From an uncultured Gammaproteobacteria bacterium (GTDB lineage: Bacteria > Patescibacteriota > Patescibacteriia > CAZGFX01): DNA of 64,000 bases. A program made the position numbers and the translations under genes. The notes below the pieces were generated by a model. That model was given only the letters and a program-made list of their open reading frames with translations, was not told the origin of the DNA and searched no databases. Every line of letters begins with the position of its first letter. The first letter of the stretch is position 1. Of the stretch, positions 27,339 to 39,200 are shown piece by piece. Location of the stretch: NCBI GenBank assembly GCA_964524845.1, contig CAZGFX010000001.1, positions 293,034 through 357,033 of the forward strand, written 5' to 3'.

Positions 27339-27898
27339 TGAAAACCATTGTTACAACGTTTTGTGCCCTCATGCTTGTCGTCACACTAATTGGGTGCGGA
27401 AAAAAGGACGACAGTCCGAAACTCGGCGCACTCGACAGTATTAAAGGAATGAAGGAGGCTGCTGACCTTGGAAAAGCACTTCAAGGAGGAGACGAAAAAG
27501 ACGCTACCAAGGCAATCGAAAACCTTGCAAAACTCGGAGCGGATCTAGAGGTCAAAGAACTCGAAAACACCGAGAAAATTGATGTTCCTAGCGACTTCCC
27601 ATCATCTCTTGTTTACTCTGGCGGAAAGGTGGTCGGAGCTTCTGATAACAGTTATGAAAATACAAAAGACCTTGATATTACCATTAAGACCACAGATGAG
27701 ATATCAAAAGTGAGAGATTTCTATAAAAAAGTTCTCGCAGAAAACGGATGGAAAATAACCGGACAAAACACATCTTCAAACGACTCTTCCTTTGATGCAA
27801 AAAATGAATCAGAAAAATCAACGGTCCGTATAAATATGTCATCAAATCCTTATTCAAAAATAATTGAAATAGATGTATCGTTTTACGACGAAGCCTAA
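27339..27898 (+). CDS. Putative lipoprotein (LIGCG lipobox).
   Basis: Start at MKTIVTTFCALMLVVTLIGCG. The ORF-track start at 27245 is probably too far upstream. Confidence 0.55.
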
Positions 27899-27915
27899 AT
27901 AATTCAATTTTTAAA

Positions 27916-27947
27916 AACCCTCGTTTTGTAACGAGGGTTTTTTGTTT
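27916..27947 (+). terminator. Rho-independent terminator (AACCCTCGTT-TTGT-AACGAGGGTT then T-run).
   Basis: 10-bp perfect stem followed by TTTTTTGTTTT. Confidence 0.7.
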
Positions 27948-27952
27948 TGTGA

Positions 27953-28855
27953 TCAAAATCTTGCATAAAATCCGATGCTTCGATATCCGGCATATGGGAG
28001 TACGGAAATCTTTTGTGTTGCTTGGTGTGGATATATCCATCGTTCATATACGAAACATCCCATAGTGGAAAAGGTTCCGTAAATTATATCCGACGTATCA
28101 AATCCTTTTTCATCTCCAATAAAAGGCACATCACTATCTCTTATAAGTCCATTTCCTGTCTCGAAAAGTCCCAGAAGAACCAATGAACCAAGAGACCTCC
28201 ATTCCAAACTCATATAATTTCTCGTCCACGAGTTAAAAGCCCATGGCATAACAATGCTTGTTTCAGAATTAAGAGATATGAATAAGCCTTTATCCGGAGC
28301 CGTCATCCACTTGGAACGAGGAAACCAATGATCGTTTGCTATCTTGTTGTATACCGCCCATCCACCTATCCATCCTGCGGTAATACCAGCTCCATGCGCT
28401 GTCTTTATCCAAAACTCTTTCATTGGACGCTTCCCAACGGAAACACTCGGCTTATATGCGAGAATACCGTATGTACAGCCAACACCATTCGCAACTTCAT
28501 CTCTCCAACTAAAACCATCTCCACCGAAACCACCAAAATCTCGATAATCAAAATAAGCGTCTTTTACTTCATTAAGTGTCATGACACCGAAACTCAGAGC
28601 GCTTCCTGTCCATTTGTTTTTCGTAAGATTTGAAAATTCAGTAGTCAGCATACTTGCAAGTTGGAAGTGTGTGAGCTTATCCGGAGTTGTAAACTTGTCT
28701 TTTGAAATATACGGGTGAAACGAGTGTTGTGGCCACCCATCGTCTCCTGCATAAACAGAATTAATGGAGATTGTCACAAACAAAACAACCGATAAAAAGA
28801 ACCTAATTATCTTTTTCATAAAACACTCCTTGTCCCGTTCGCGGGACTTGTCCAC
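27953..28855 (-). CDS. Hypothetical secreted protein.
   Basis: The signal peptide begins at MKKIIRFFLSVVLFVTISINSVYA (28819). The ORF-track start at 28855 is upstream of that Met. Confidence 0.5.
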   Translation of the reverse strand: MDKSRERDKECFMKKIIRFFLSVVLFVTISINSVYAGDDGWPQHSFHPYISKDKFTTPDKLTHFQLASMLTTEFSNLTKNKWTGSALSFGVMTLNEVKDAYFDYRDFGGFGGDGFSWRDEVANGVGCTYGILAYKPSVSVGKRPMKEFWIKTAHGAGITAGWIGGWAVYNKIANDHWFPRSKWMTAPDKGLFISLNSETSIVMPWAFNSWTRNYMSLEWRSLGSLVLLGLFETGNGLIRDSDVPFIGDEKGFDTSDIIYGTFSTMGCFVYERWIYPHQATQKISVLPYAGYRSIGFYARF

Positions 28856-29024
28856 CAGCCAATGACTGATTAGACGGTTTAATTTTTGGAAAATATTCTA
28901 ACTATTATAGATGTTTTTATCGTATAAAATTACTACATAATTATAACTATGTCAATCGTCGTCCATAAACCCGTCTCGCATAAATTATTTTTAAACATCT
29001 TTTCTAAAATTAATATAAAAAAGA

Positions 29025-29060
29025 AAGACCTTGCCGATTAAGACAAGGTCTTTTTTGTTT
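29025..29060. terminator. Hairpin terminator (AGACCTTG-loop-CAAGGTCT) with T-runs on both strands.
   Basis: 8-bp stem. It is not adjacent to any annotated gene end, so it may terminate an unannotated transcript. Confidence 0.4.
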
Positions 29061-30304
29061 TTGCAGGCTCTTTGTTAAGTGCCCGCGCCGATTTGTGGGG
29101 AGGGAATGATATGACCCTCGACACTACTCGTGATGCCCTTCCTCTAGGAGGGGTCGGCTGTTTTTTCGTGATACTTCTTTGTCATAAACGATTCACTTCA
29201 TAACTTGATATTGCTACCTCATCATGAAATCCTGGTGTGTTTCGTTTTTTTTGTTGATCGTGAGACCGACAAAAAGACATTGAAGCATCACTAGCGCGAT
29301 ACAGCCTTTTTTTTGTAATTTTTCACTGATAGGAGGACATATAAGAGATTTTTGCGCTTAGTATGGCGACTATCTTATATGGTGAAAAATTACCTTTGTA
29401 ACCATCCAAACAGATATTACTATCTTCACATCTTCCGATTTAAGCTTTTTTAAGGCTATGGTCGTTGTCTTTCGCACAATAGACATAAGGATGTGTGGAC
29501 AATTACTGCAGCAGTTTTTTGTTTCTTGGTCAGGTTTGCTTTTTAGTGCATACCCAGTTGTAACCAACCAAGTTAAACAAGTGCTTAATACAATGAGCAA
29601 GTGGGTACTCAACCGCATTTTTCCAAACATTGTGGTGTAAGAAAAAATGTTTTTTCTTCTACGATTGCTCGCAAAAGAGGATGTGTACCTTTTACCTTAG
29701 AAAAACAGTATTACTTACACGGTGCAACTTAGATACTGTATCACTTTTAGGGTGATGTGTTGCTCTGTGCAATTTCCAGAAAAAATTTGCTTTTCTTTTC
29801 TCTGTGATCATCGTTTCGTATCTTAACGATGGCGTATACCGTTTTGGCGGTGTTGTATGAGTTTACTACTAAACCCTTTCCTTTCCCGCACACTCATGCT
29901 TCTCCAAAATGTCTAAGATTTCTTATTGAAACAACATCATCTTAAACACCTATACTGCAAGATTCTTCTTTCGTTTTGATGCGTTACCGCATTTTATATT
30001 TTGGAAGAACTCCGGAGAACCTAAAGAAACTTTGTTTTCGTTTCTTTTGTTATTAAGAACATTCCTTCTTTTGGAAGGTGCTTTCCTAGTTGAAAAGCGT
30101 AAATACATACTACCAGCCAAAAATGATTATGCCAACCCTCATATCCACGAAATATATACAAAATACCCACACCTCTTTTTGGCTAATTGTAGCTATTATT
30201 GCCACCTTCCTGTGGATTGTGGTGTTATAATATATTGCATTTTAACTTAATAAATATGTTTTTATCATACGAAAAACCTGTTATTATACAGATATACATA
30301 TTAT

Positions 30305-31225
30305 ATGATTAATCGTGCTGAGAGATACGAAAAAAACACGGATAAACTAGGTGAGAAATTACACGACCTACTTTCTATTGTTGCGAAAGAAACAAATATT
30401 TCTGTATCAAGGGAAAATCCTGATATACAAAAGTTTTTAAATTCAGACGGTTCAATAAATATGGATTCATTTGACACAGAATACGATGGAATATACGAGC
30501 ACGATAATGTACAAAAAGATAAGGATTTTGTTCGAAACAAAGACATAGAATGGAGTGGCGCCAGCAATCAAAGTGTTCAAGATTTTTTTCAATCCAAATA
30601 CCACACCAATTCAATAGATGAAATCATCGAACAAACAAAAAAGAACAAACTTGAACACCACGGACCACAACTTGAAATGGCACTTACGATTCTCCTACAC
30701 AAAATTATAGGGAATCGGTTTATTGTTGCTCGAGCATCTACGTTTGATGATTACAGAAATGGTATTGATAACGTTATCATAAACAAAGAAACTGGAGACG
30801 TTGTCTGTGCATTCGATGAGGTAAATGATACTGTTGGAGGATCACGACATGATAAAAAAATGGAAAAAATAAAGAAAAAAGCACTGCAAGGAGGATCAAC
30901 TATAAAATACGGATATACTTATATAAATGATGAAGAAGCATCAAAAAAACGGCTTATACAAAAGAAAATTAATAATGTACCAACATTCTTTTTATCTCTT
31001 TCACAGGAAGAACTAAAAAATCTTCTTTCTAACATGTCTTATGATGCTCAAATAATTAGCAATAAGGAGTACGAAATATACGATAAACTGATTCATTCTC
31101 TTGAAGAACAGGTTGTTTTTCTTTCCAACGAACGACTTCCCAGTGCAATCAAAGATAATCTTATTTTATTTTCAACATCTCTAAATTCAATGAAGGATAT
31201 AGCATCACACAAAAAAACAGCATAA
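30305..31225 (+). CDS. Hypothetical protein.
   Basis: 306-aa charged, soluble protein with no recognisable motif. Confidence 0.55.
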   Translation: MINRAERYEKNTDKLGEKLHDLLSIVAKETNISVSRENPDIQKFLNSDGSINMDSFDTEYDGIYEHDNVQKDKDFVRNKDIEWSGASNQSVQDFFQSKYHTNSIDEIIEQTKKNKLEHHGPQLEMALTILLHKIIGNRFIVARASTFDDYRNGIDNVIINKETGDVVCAFDEVNDTVGGSRHDKKMEKIKKKALQGGSTIKYGYTYINDEEASKKRLIQKKINNVPTFFLSLSQEELKNLLSNMSYDAQIISNKEYEIYDKLIHSLEEQVVFLSNERLPSAIKDNLILFSTSLNSMKDIASHKKTA

Positions 31226-31228
31226 GAA

Positions 31229-31281
31229 AACCCGTCTATTTTAAAAGGTTTTTGACCAATTTTATAGACGGGCTTTTTTTA
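31229..31281. terminator. Bidirectional terminator (CCCGTCTAT..ATAGACGGG).
   Basis: 9-bp stem with a long loop and T-runs on both strands, between convergent genes. Confidence 0.5.
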
Positions 31282-32667
31282 TTCAAATAAATGTGTGCGG
31301 TTTTCCGCATAGTTTATAATCGACGTTTTTTCGCGAAATAATATTTGCTGATACCCGGATGAGGATGGCTCATAAATGTTTTTTCCAACAAGTTTTGCCT
31401 CCCACTGATTTATGTTAGATGTGGTCGAAATAGCATCATATATATGAGATGAGTAAGGAATCGGAAATGTATTGTTTTTTTCGTCCTGACGCATAACACG
31501 AATGAAGGAAACGGAGTCAAAAGAAGCTACACGAAACTCAGGAATCGATCTAACAACACGATCAAGTTTGTTCTCAAAAGATATGATTGTTTTACGTGGC
31601 TCAAACGCTCCTATGTTTGGAATTTTTCCATACACATCATAATATTCGAGAATATAAGCCCATGCGTATACCTTCGGAACATATCTCTGAGTAATAATTG
31701 GAAAAAACGACCTCATTTCCCAAAAACTTGGTGAATAATAACCATATTTTTCAAACGAGTGAAAACGAATACTATCATACCATCCTGGGGATGTGTTATA
31801 ACTCGCAATTACCGCATCAAGATCATCATTTTGTCTGAAACCAATCATGTTTAAATGACGAACGCCCATTTTCAAGTTATACTTTGGATCAAAAAGCATA
31901 GACGAGTTTTCTTTTGTCAAAGAAGTGTCATACTCTTGTGCGAGAACCATCATTATCTGCATAAGACCTTTTTCTCCGTGCCAACCTACCGCCAAAGGAT
32001 TTCCTTGTGATTCAAGAGCACATATACCAAGAATGATGAATTTATTAATCTTATTCCAACGAAAGTTTTCAATATATGGCTTATAAGAAATTACGCGTTT
32101 TACAACAAGTCGAACAGTCGATGGACTTCTAAGAATATATTTATATTCATCATAAATTGATTTTTCTTTTGTGTGATCCATTATTGTATTTCCCTGAACA
32201 ATTTCCGTATATGAAACGTGAACTGCGGTTGACTTCATCGAATTAGGTGGTTCTGTCAGGGGCGGGCCCGCTGATACGAGTAATACAGCAATAAATGTAC
32301 TAACAAGTGTAATCGGAGATAAAACAACTATTAATACACTTTCTGATAATTTTTCAACAAGATCTTTTCTTATCTTAAGCACCGAGAGAACCCATCCTGC
32401 GCTAATAATATGAAATACTAGAATTAAGAACAAAACAATATTCTTTAAGAATTTCCAATCCGTATTCTGAACGAGATAAAGCTCAATTACGTGATAAATG
32501 ACGATACCAAGAGATGTCATGCCAATAATAATTATCGCTTTAACGATTGCATTTATATATCTTTCGACATTTTTCATTTCAATCTCCTTGCTTCGCACGT
32601 GGCGAGTTTTGTTTTTAAAATATGTTTTTCGTTTCATGTTATCATTTTTTGAGCTTGTGTCAAACAA
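31279..32667 (-). CDS. Membrane-anchored lytic transglycosylase (SLT domain) protein.
   Basis: SLT catalytic motif ALESQGNPLAVGWHGEKGLMQIM, N-terminal TM helices. Alternative start at MKNVERY (32577). Confidence 0.65.
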   Translation of the reverse strand: MFDTSSKNDNMKRKTYFKNKTRHVRSKEIEMKNVERYINAIVKAIIIIGMTSLGIVIYHVIELYLVQNTDWKFLKNIVLFLILVFHIISAGWVLSVLKIRKDLVEKLSESVLIVVLSPITLVSTFIAVLLVSAGPPLTEPPNSMKSTAVHVSYTEIVQGNTIMDHTKEKSIYDEYKYILRSPSTVRLVVKRVISYKPYIENFRWNKINKFIILGICALESQGNPLAVGWHGEKGLMQIMMVLAQEYDTSLTKENSSMLFDPKYNLKMGVRHLNMIGFRQNDDLDAVIASYNTSPGWYDSIRFHSFEKYGYYSPSFWEMRSFFPIITQRYVPKVYAWAYILEYYDVYGKIPNIGAFEPRKTIISFENKLDRVVRSIPEFRVASFDSVSFIRVMRQDEKNNTFPIPYSSHIYDAISTTSNINQWEAKLVGKNIYEPSSSGYQQILFREKTSIINYAENRTHLFE

Positions 32668-32738
32668 AAAGATTCGTATTTATCAAAAAAACGCTCTATT
32701 TAAGCGTCTTTTATCAAAGTTTTATTAAAATATAAAAA

Positions 32739-33602
32739 TCAATTTTTCATTAGAGGAGTAATCGGACGACCATTGCGGAGCGCATGAACATACACAATTT
32801 GTGCTCCAAAAAGAACAATGTGTATGGAAATATACAACCACACCATAACAGCAAGTACGGAACTGAACGCCCCATAAAGTGCATGAGTGCCTTGCCCAAG
32901 GTACCAAATAAGAACACCCTTTCCTAGAGCAAAAAGTATAGAGGTAACGAGCGCACCAATCCAAACATCTTTTAATTTCACGATTGCATCCGGAATATAT
33001 TTAAAAAGCATTGCAAAAAATACAGTACCCATGAAAAAAGAAATAACAATATCTCCTCCGTGAATAAGAGGAAGATAATCAATCGTCTTTATATACTCGG
33101 CCATTATTGATCCGACCGTAACAAAAAATACACTAGCAAAAACAAGTGCCGCAAAAACTACACCAACAAAAATAATCATAAGAAGACCAAGAAACCGATT
33201 GCGAACCGCAGGGAAAACATGAAAACGTTGATTAGGCGATACACCCCACAAGCTATTTAGAATATCTTTAAATTGCACGAATACAGCACTTGCACCAATA
33301 AGAACAACTATGACAGCAATGATTTTCGAAACAAACGGAATATGAATCACATCAGGAATTTGTTCGATTGCATCTTCCCATAACAATCTGTTATCAACAC
33401 CTATGAAGTTTTCTATATGAAATATAAACTGATTTTGAAAAATACCTCCTCCGAACATCTTATCGGCAAACGAAATAATCATTACCAAAAGTGGTGTAAG
33501 AGCAAAAAAAGCATAAAAAGATAGCGCCGCGGCCATTTGTGATACTCTCGTAAAACGCCACCTGTGTATTATTTCACTGTATAATTCGGATAAAAATCCC
33601 AT
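32739..33602 (-). CDS. YihY/BrkB family inner membrane protein.
   Basis: N-terminus VSQMAAALSFYAFFALTPLLV with 6 TM helices, typical of YihY/virulence factor BrkB. Confidence 0.8.
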   Translation of the reverse strand: MGFLSELYSEIIHRWRFTRVSQMAAALSFYAFFALTPLLVMIISFADKMFGGGIFQNQFIFHIENFIGVDNRLLWEDAIEQIPDVIHIPFVSKIIAVIVVLIGASAVFVQFKDILNSLWGVSPNQRFHVFPAVRNRFLGLLMIIFVGVVFAALVFASVFFVTVGSIMAEYIKTIDYLPLIHGGDIVISFFMGTVFFAMLFKYIPDAIVKLKDVWIGALVTSILFALGKGVLIWYLGQGTHALYGAFSSVLAVMVWLYISIHIVLFGAQIVYVHALRNGRPITPLMKN

Positions 33603-33774
33603 ATATTCAATAAATTAAGTATATCATATTTATGGCGATGATTCGATGTTTTTCGTGTTTTTTTTAAAAAACACATGCTCTATCTGTGTATTAAAACATT
33701 TATTTTGTTTACATTTTAATACAAATATTGTTAAATACATTCGCCAAAAAAACAAAACAAAGAAAGGCAAAAAA

Positions 33775-34212
33775 ATGTCTCCTCACAACAAAAAAAAGGA
33801 TCCTCCTCTATCGTCGTTTAATTTTAATTCACTTACCTCAACAAAAAACATAAAAGATATTCTTGAGGAAGAAGGTCAGAAAAAAACAGATTGGCCAATT
33901 TTAATATGTGATTTTTGTAAGGTACTTAATACACGAATACACCCCGGCCGAATAACTCCTCGCGGTTTTATTCTCACTGTATTTCTTATGTGTGAAGAAA
34001 TTCGAGGCAATTGTCAGGAATACAAATGTGGCGAGAGCATTATGCCGAAGTCATTCATAAGAAAAAATCGCAACGAAAGAGTTCGTTTGGTTAATGAAAT
34101 ACTTGAATTCGTGCATTTTCTTATAACCAAATTTGATAACGAGAAATTCGTACAAAGCGCAACCGATCAGTTTGATTTCTTTATTAAGAATTTTAAAAAA
34201 TCTTCTATATAA
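33775..34212 (+). CDS. Hypothetical protein.
   Basis: Start at MSPHNKKK with an AAAGAAAGG RBS about 9 nt upstream. The ORF-track start at 33646 is unlikely. Confidence 0.45.
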   Translation: MSPHNKKKDPPLSSFNFNSLTSTKNIKDILEEEGQKKTDWPILICDFCKVLNTRIHPGRITPRGFILTVFLMCEEIRGNCQEYKCGESIMPKSFIRKNRNERVRLVNEILEFVHFLITKFDNEKFVQSATDQFDFFIKNFKKSSI

Positions 34213-34255
34213 TAGAAGATTTTTTTATTGTGATTAAATATCTGAAAAATGCTTT

Positions 34256-36067
34256 TTAAATGTTGATTCCTCTGGCGATGCGTTTCGCCTCAGATTCATC
34301 AATGATTCGTTTTCTTGTACGAACGTTCTTTGGGGTTACTTCAACAAGTTCGTCATCTGCAATATATTCGAGCGCATCCTCGAGATCCATTATGCGTGGC
34401 GCATTAAAATGATCATCAACACCCTCTCCTTTTGAGCGAACATTGCTCATTTGTTTCGCTTTGCAAACATTCACACGCAAATCACCTTGACGAGCATTTT
34501 GACCTACCACCTGGCCTTTGTATACAGTCATTCCTGGCTCAACGAATAATACACCGCGTTCTTGAATATTAAGCAGTGCATACATTGTGGTTACCCCAGT
34601 ATCAGAAGCTACGAGAGAACCCTGTTCACGCTCTCTCCAAGAAACAACATCAGGCCTATACCCTTCAAACGTTGAATTCATAATACCGAGTCCACGCGTA
34701 TCTGATAAAAACTCCGTCCGATATCCAAACAGACCTCTTGTTGGAATAATAAATTCCAAATATTGTATTCCGTTTTCGATGCTCATGTTTTGAAGTTCTC
34801 CGTATCGAGCTCCTATTTTTTGCATAACCACACCAGCGTATGCTTCAGGAACTTCAATAAACAAATCATCATACGGCGCCATAGTGACTCCATCAATCTT
34901 CTTTACAATTACATGCGGGCGCGAAACCTGAAACTCATAACCCTCTCTACGAAGACGTTCTATAAATATAGCAAGATGAAGTTCTCCTCGTCCCAAAACA
35001 CTCCATCCACCATCTAGCGAATCAGAAACATGAAGAGCTGTGTCTGTTTCAAGTTCTTTAAAAAGTCGTTCCTTGAGCTGACGAGAAGTGGTATATATTC
35101 CTTCTTGTCCGGCAAAAGGCGAATCATTAACTGAAAAAGTCATCTTTACCGTCGGTTCCTCGATTGCGAGCAATGGGAGCGCTATTGGATTTTCTTTATC
35201 CGCGATCGTTTCTCCGATCATAATTTCCGGAATCCCTGCAATCGCAACAAGGTCTCCTGCACAAGCCTCGGATACATCAACTCTGGTCATGCCATCAAAC
35301 AACATAATTGAACTAAGCCTTCCTTTTCTTTGTTGTCCTTCTCGATCAATATGAATAATATCCTGATTCATCTTCATTATTCCATTATAAATGCGTCCTG
35401 TTGCGATACGACCTCGAAAATTATCTCCTCCAATAGTAGTTACGAGCATTTGCAATGGTTTGTTTTCATCTCCTGTTGGGGCTGGAATATATTTGAGAAT
35501 TGATTCAAAAACAGGAGTAATGTCTTTCATATCAGAAATATTTGGTGTATATCCTGCACGTCCCTCCTTGCCAATCGCATATATTGTTGGAAAATCCAAT
35601 GCATTATCGTTTGCACCAAGTTCCATAAAAAGTTCAAGTGTTTTATCATGAACATAATCAACACGCGCATCCGGTTTATCAACCTTGTTTATTACAACAA
35701 TAACCTTCAAACCTTTTTTGAGCGCGTGCTTAAGTACAAAACGCGTTTGGGGCATCGGACCTTCTTTCGCATCAACAAGCAAGAGACACCCATCAGCCAT
35801 TGAAAGCACGCGCTCGACCTCCCCGCCAAAATCAGCGTGTCCGGGAGTATCAATAATATTTATTTTTGTATCTTCCCACATCACGGATGCGTTTTTCGAA
35901 AAAATAGTAATGCCACGCTCACGCTCAAGCTCGTTGCTATCCATAATCAAACCGGCCTCGGAAACTTCTTTGTCGAGACGAGTTTTTGATTGTCTGAGAA
36001 GAGCATCAACGAGAGTTGTCTTCCCATGATCAACGTGCGCAATAATAGCAACATTTCTAATTTTCAT
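34256..36067 (-). CDS. typA: Translational GTPase BipA/TypA.
   Basis: 603 aa. G1 AHVDHGKTTL, G3 DTPGHADF, NKVD, BipA-specific C-terminal domain. Confidence 0.95.
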   Translation of the reverse strand: MKIRNVAIIAHVDHGKTTLVDALLRQSKTRLDKEVSEAGLIMDSNELERERGITIFSKNASVMWEDTKINIIDTPGHADFGGEVERVLSMADGCLLLVDAKEGPMPQTRFVLKHALKKGLKVIVVINKVDKPDARVDYVHDKTLELFMELGANDNALDFPTIYAIGKEGRAGYTPNISDMKDITPVFESILKYIPAPTGDENKPLQMLVTTIGGDNFRGRIATGRIYNGIMKMNQDIIHIDREGQQRKGRLSSIMLFDGMTRVDVSEACAGDLVAIAGIPEIMIGETIADKENPIALPLLAIEEPTVKMTFSVNDSPFAGQEGIYTTSRQLKERLFKELETDTALHVSDSLDGGWSVLGRGELHLAIFIERLRREGYEFQVSRPHVIVKKIDGVTMAPYDDLFIEVPEAYAGVVMQKIGARYGELQNMSIENGIQYLEFIIPTRGLFGYRTEFLSDTRGLGIMNSTFEGYRPDVVSWREREQGSLVASDTGVTTMYALLNIQERGVLFVEPGMTVYKGQVVGQNARQGDLRVNVCKAKQMSNVRSKGEGVDDHFNAPRIMDLEDALEYIADDELVEVTPKNVRTRKRIIDESEAKRIARGINI

Positions 36068-36205
36068 AAAAACCGTGTTTTGTGATAACGGTGCATATAC
36101 TATATAATTTTTGGCTTAATGTCAAGGATTTTTAGACTTATTTTTAAAAAACACTCTTATACAAATAAAAGTGCTTTTTATCTTTTAAACAAGAGTGGAT
36201 TTCCT

Positions 36206-39200
36206 TTATTCATCAAAACGGGCAATTGGGATATCTATCTTTTCCCCCTGTTTCTTCGCAAACAATCCTGTTTCAGTTATTTTAAGAATTGCTTTTTTAC
36301 CATCAATAATAACATTTGGATACTTGCCACTCAAAGACATGTTTTTAAAAGAGTCTTCTGTTTCAATTCTCTGTCCACTAATCATAATATTGTCACCTGG
36401 ATGCAAACCATCTTTACCAAAAACAATATCAAGCTTCCTTCCACCTAATTGATCAAGAAGAAGACACTCCTTTACGCCATTCCCTTTGTCCATGGTAAGC
36501 AAAACATTATCAGATTTATTAAAATAATCCGCTTCTATTTTTTCTGCGCCGGACGAATACTCATCGAGATCAATTTTCATTCCTTTTGGGGTTATGACTA
36601 TATTTCCTTCTTCGATTTTAAAATCGTTTTTCTCAACAACAAATTTACTATCAAGTGTCGCTGATCCTTTTGTATCAACTGTTTCTTTCGCTAAATCGGT
36701 TTTTCCTTTGGTATCGATAACATCTTTTTTATCAGTTGTTTCAACGACCTTATCCGTCTTTTCTCCTGTTGTTTTAACTTCTTTTTTATCAATGATATCT
36801 TCTTTTGCCGTAGTTCCGACATCTTTCTTTGCGTTCTCGTCAATAATATTCTTATCATCAACACTGCCACCACCTTTCGTTTCTAATGTTTGATCTTTAT
36901 GTATTTCATCTGAAGAAATATTGTTTTTTGTTCCAATATCTTTTGTTTCAATTGTTTTTGAAACAATCTCGTCTTTTTCAATAGGTGTATGAATTTCTTC
37001 TCCGTTTATTTTTATAATATTTCTATGCATATCAGCATCATATTCAACCGTAACATCGTCCCCCGGATGGATAATAAGTTTGTCCGAGATGTGGTTCTGA
37101 TGCAAAATCTCAGCGGTAAGACGATCGACCGTATGTTGGGCATCTTCAGTTAATGGCATACCCTCTGAATCAAAGTCGTTTTCTGAAAGACCGAGTAACT
37201 TATAACCTAGCATTCCGCGAAACTTCACCTGTTCCGCAACTTCTTTATTAATAATTTTCCACATACTGTCTCCTGCTTGTACTTCTATTGGTTTCAGTGT
37301 AGAAAGATTTGTTTCTTTTACTTCGTTTACAATATCTCCGTGTGATATATTTGTTGTTTCAAGTGTTGTCTCAACTGGCGCAGTAAGCACGGTGTGTTCA
37401 GTTGGTTTAATAATGTTTTCCAAACCGCCACCGGAAGATGTCGCGTTGTGTTCTTCTGATAATTTCTGAATTATTTCTTGCTTTTGATCAACAAGTTTTT
37501 TCACTTCGTCCAATTGTTTTTCAACATTTTCTTTTGCGGATACATCTAAATTATTTTCTTCATTTATCGTTTTTTCTATCTTTTCTTGTGCCTCAACAAT
37601 CGCATTGGATTTAAAAGACACATCTATATCTTCTCCGAAAAACTTATGAAGAAGATCATAAACGACCGGTCCTGCTATACCAACTCCAGTCGCAACGCGT
37701 CCAAGTGCTTGAGCAAAATCTCTTCCTTTTGTAGTGCTCTCTGAACTAAAACCACGCCCAAAAAGCGCGCGAGCGGTTTCGAAAGTGCTTTTCCCATATC
37801 CTTTCATGATCGTGCCGATACGAGATGAGCGTTCTTCTTTCTCTTTGGTTATCAGTTCCTCTGTGCTAAAAAAGTCTCTTTTCCCCGTTTTCGTATTGAT
37901 TACTTTTTCTTCAATTGCTTTTTCCTTTTCTTTTTGTATTTCAAAAAATCTATTCATCTTTATAGTTTTCAGTGAGCCAATAACTTCTTTTGCTTTTTCT
38001 GATACAGGATTTCCTTCCTCATCAAAATCTTCCTTTGAGAGTTTGTGTTTCTCTTTGTTCACAATGACTTCGTGACGAGCTAAAATCTCAGCGCGTTTTT
38101 CCTCATTCCCTTTCAGTTTTTCAAGTGTTTCTATTTTTCTTCTTAGGTACTTCTGCTTCTGTCCTTTTATATTATATTCTGTGCTTTCTCCTTTTCCTTT
38201 TTGATAGAGTGATATTCCAGCATACACGGCACCACGCACACCACGTCCTATAGGACCGGTGATAAGTGAGAGTGGCGTCAAAATACCTGTAATGGCATTT
38301 TTAACCACATCAATCGTCTTTACTTTTGATTCTAGATAATGAGTGAGCACGGACGACTGTTTCATCGAAGTCCTAAATCCGAGTCGTTGTTGATTGTTCG
38401 TGTGCTCTGCAATCATATACGCAAGTTGTTTTTCCAGTTCTTCTTTTTTCTCTTCAGGAAGTTTTGTACTTTCTTTTATCGCGGTTTTGTATTCTTCAAT
38501 TGATTCCCTTAGTGCTTTTTGAGTTTCTGTTTCTTCTTTTTCTCTGTTTTCTTTTTTAATAAACGCAGAAACTTCTATTCCTGACGCTTCCTTTTCTGCA
38601 CGACGTTTTTGAGCATACTCTAAAACCATATTCATCGCCTCTTGTATACGCTCTTTTTCTTTTCCTATTTCTTTCCTCTCGTCAAGAAATGTACGAATGT
38701 CTCCGCTCTTATTATAAATAGCATCATATGCATCAACCCAAAACTTCGCTCCTGTGCCTCGTAAAACACCTTGTTTTATAAACGAATAAATTTTATTCTC
38801 CACAACTTTTTTATCCTCAGGAGAGATAATCGGAGTTTCTGTCTTTGTTTCAATATTGGTATCAACAGAAGTTTCTATTACTGGTAACTCTGTTTCCGGT
38901 TGTTTTTCGGACATTTCTTGTTGTAAAAGATTTGTTTTTCCTTCTATTTCTTTCGTATCTTTATCAATTTTTTGTTCGTTTTCAGAAATAGTATTTTTTG
39001 TATTTTCTTCCAAAAATTCTTTATCAGCACTAGCTTTAATAAGATCTGAGAGTAGTTCTTCTGATGTTTTTTCTTTCTCTCCGTATTCTTCAGATAATTT
39101 TGATACGAAATCTCCTCTTTTTTGATTTTCCTCAAATCCTTCACTTATAGCTGTATTTTCACCCAAATCCAAATCATCAAAATCCCCCTTATCTATTGTT

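Noticed and set aside
29370-29630. 86-aa minus-strand ORF in the 28856-30304 non-coding stretch.
   Set aside because: It has no RBS or motif and lies in a region where all frames are broken. It could be a remnant, and I mention it under the pseudogene/ncRNA finding.
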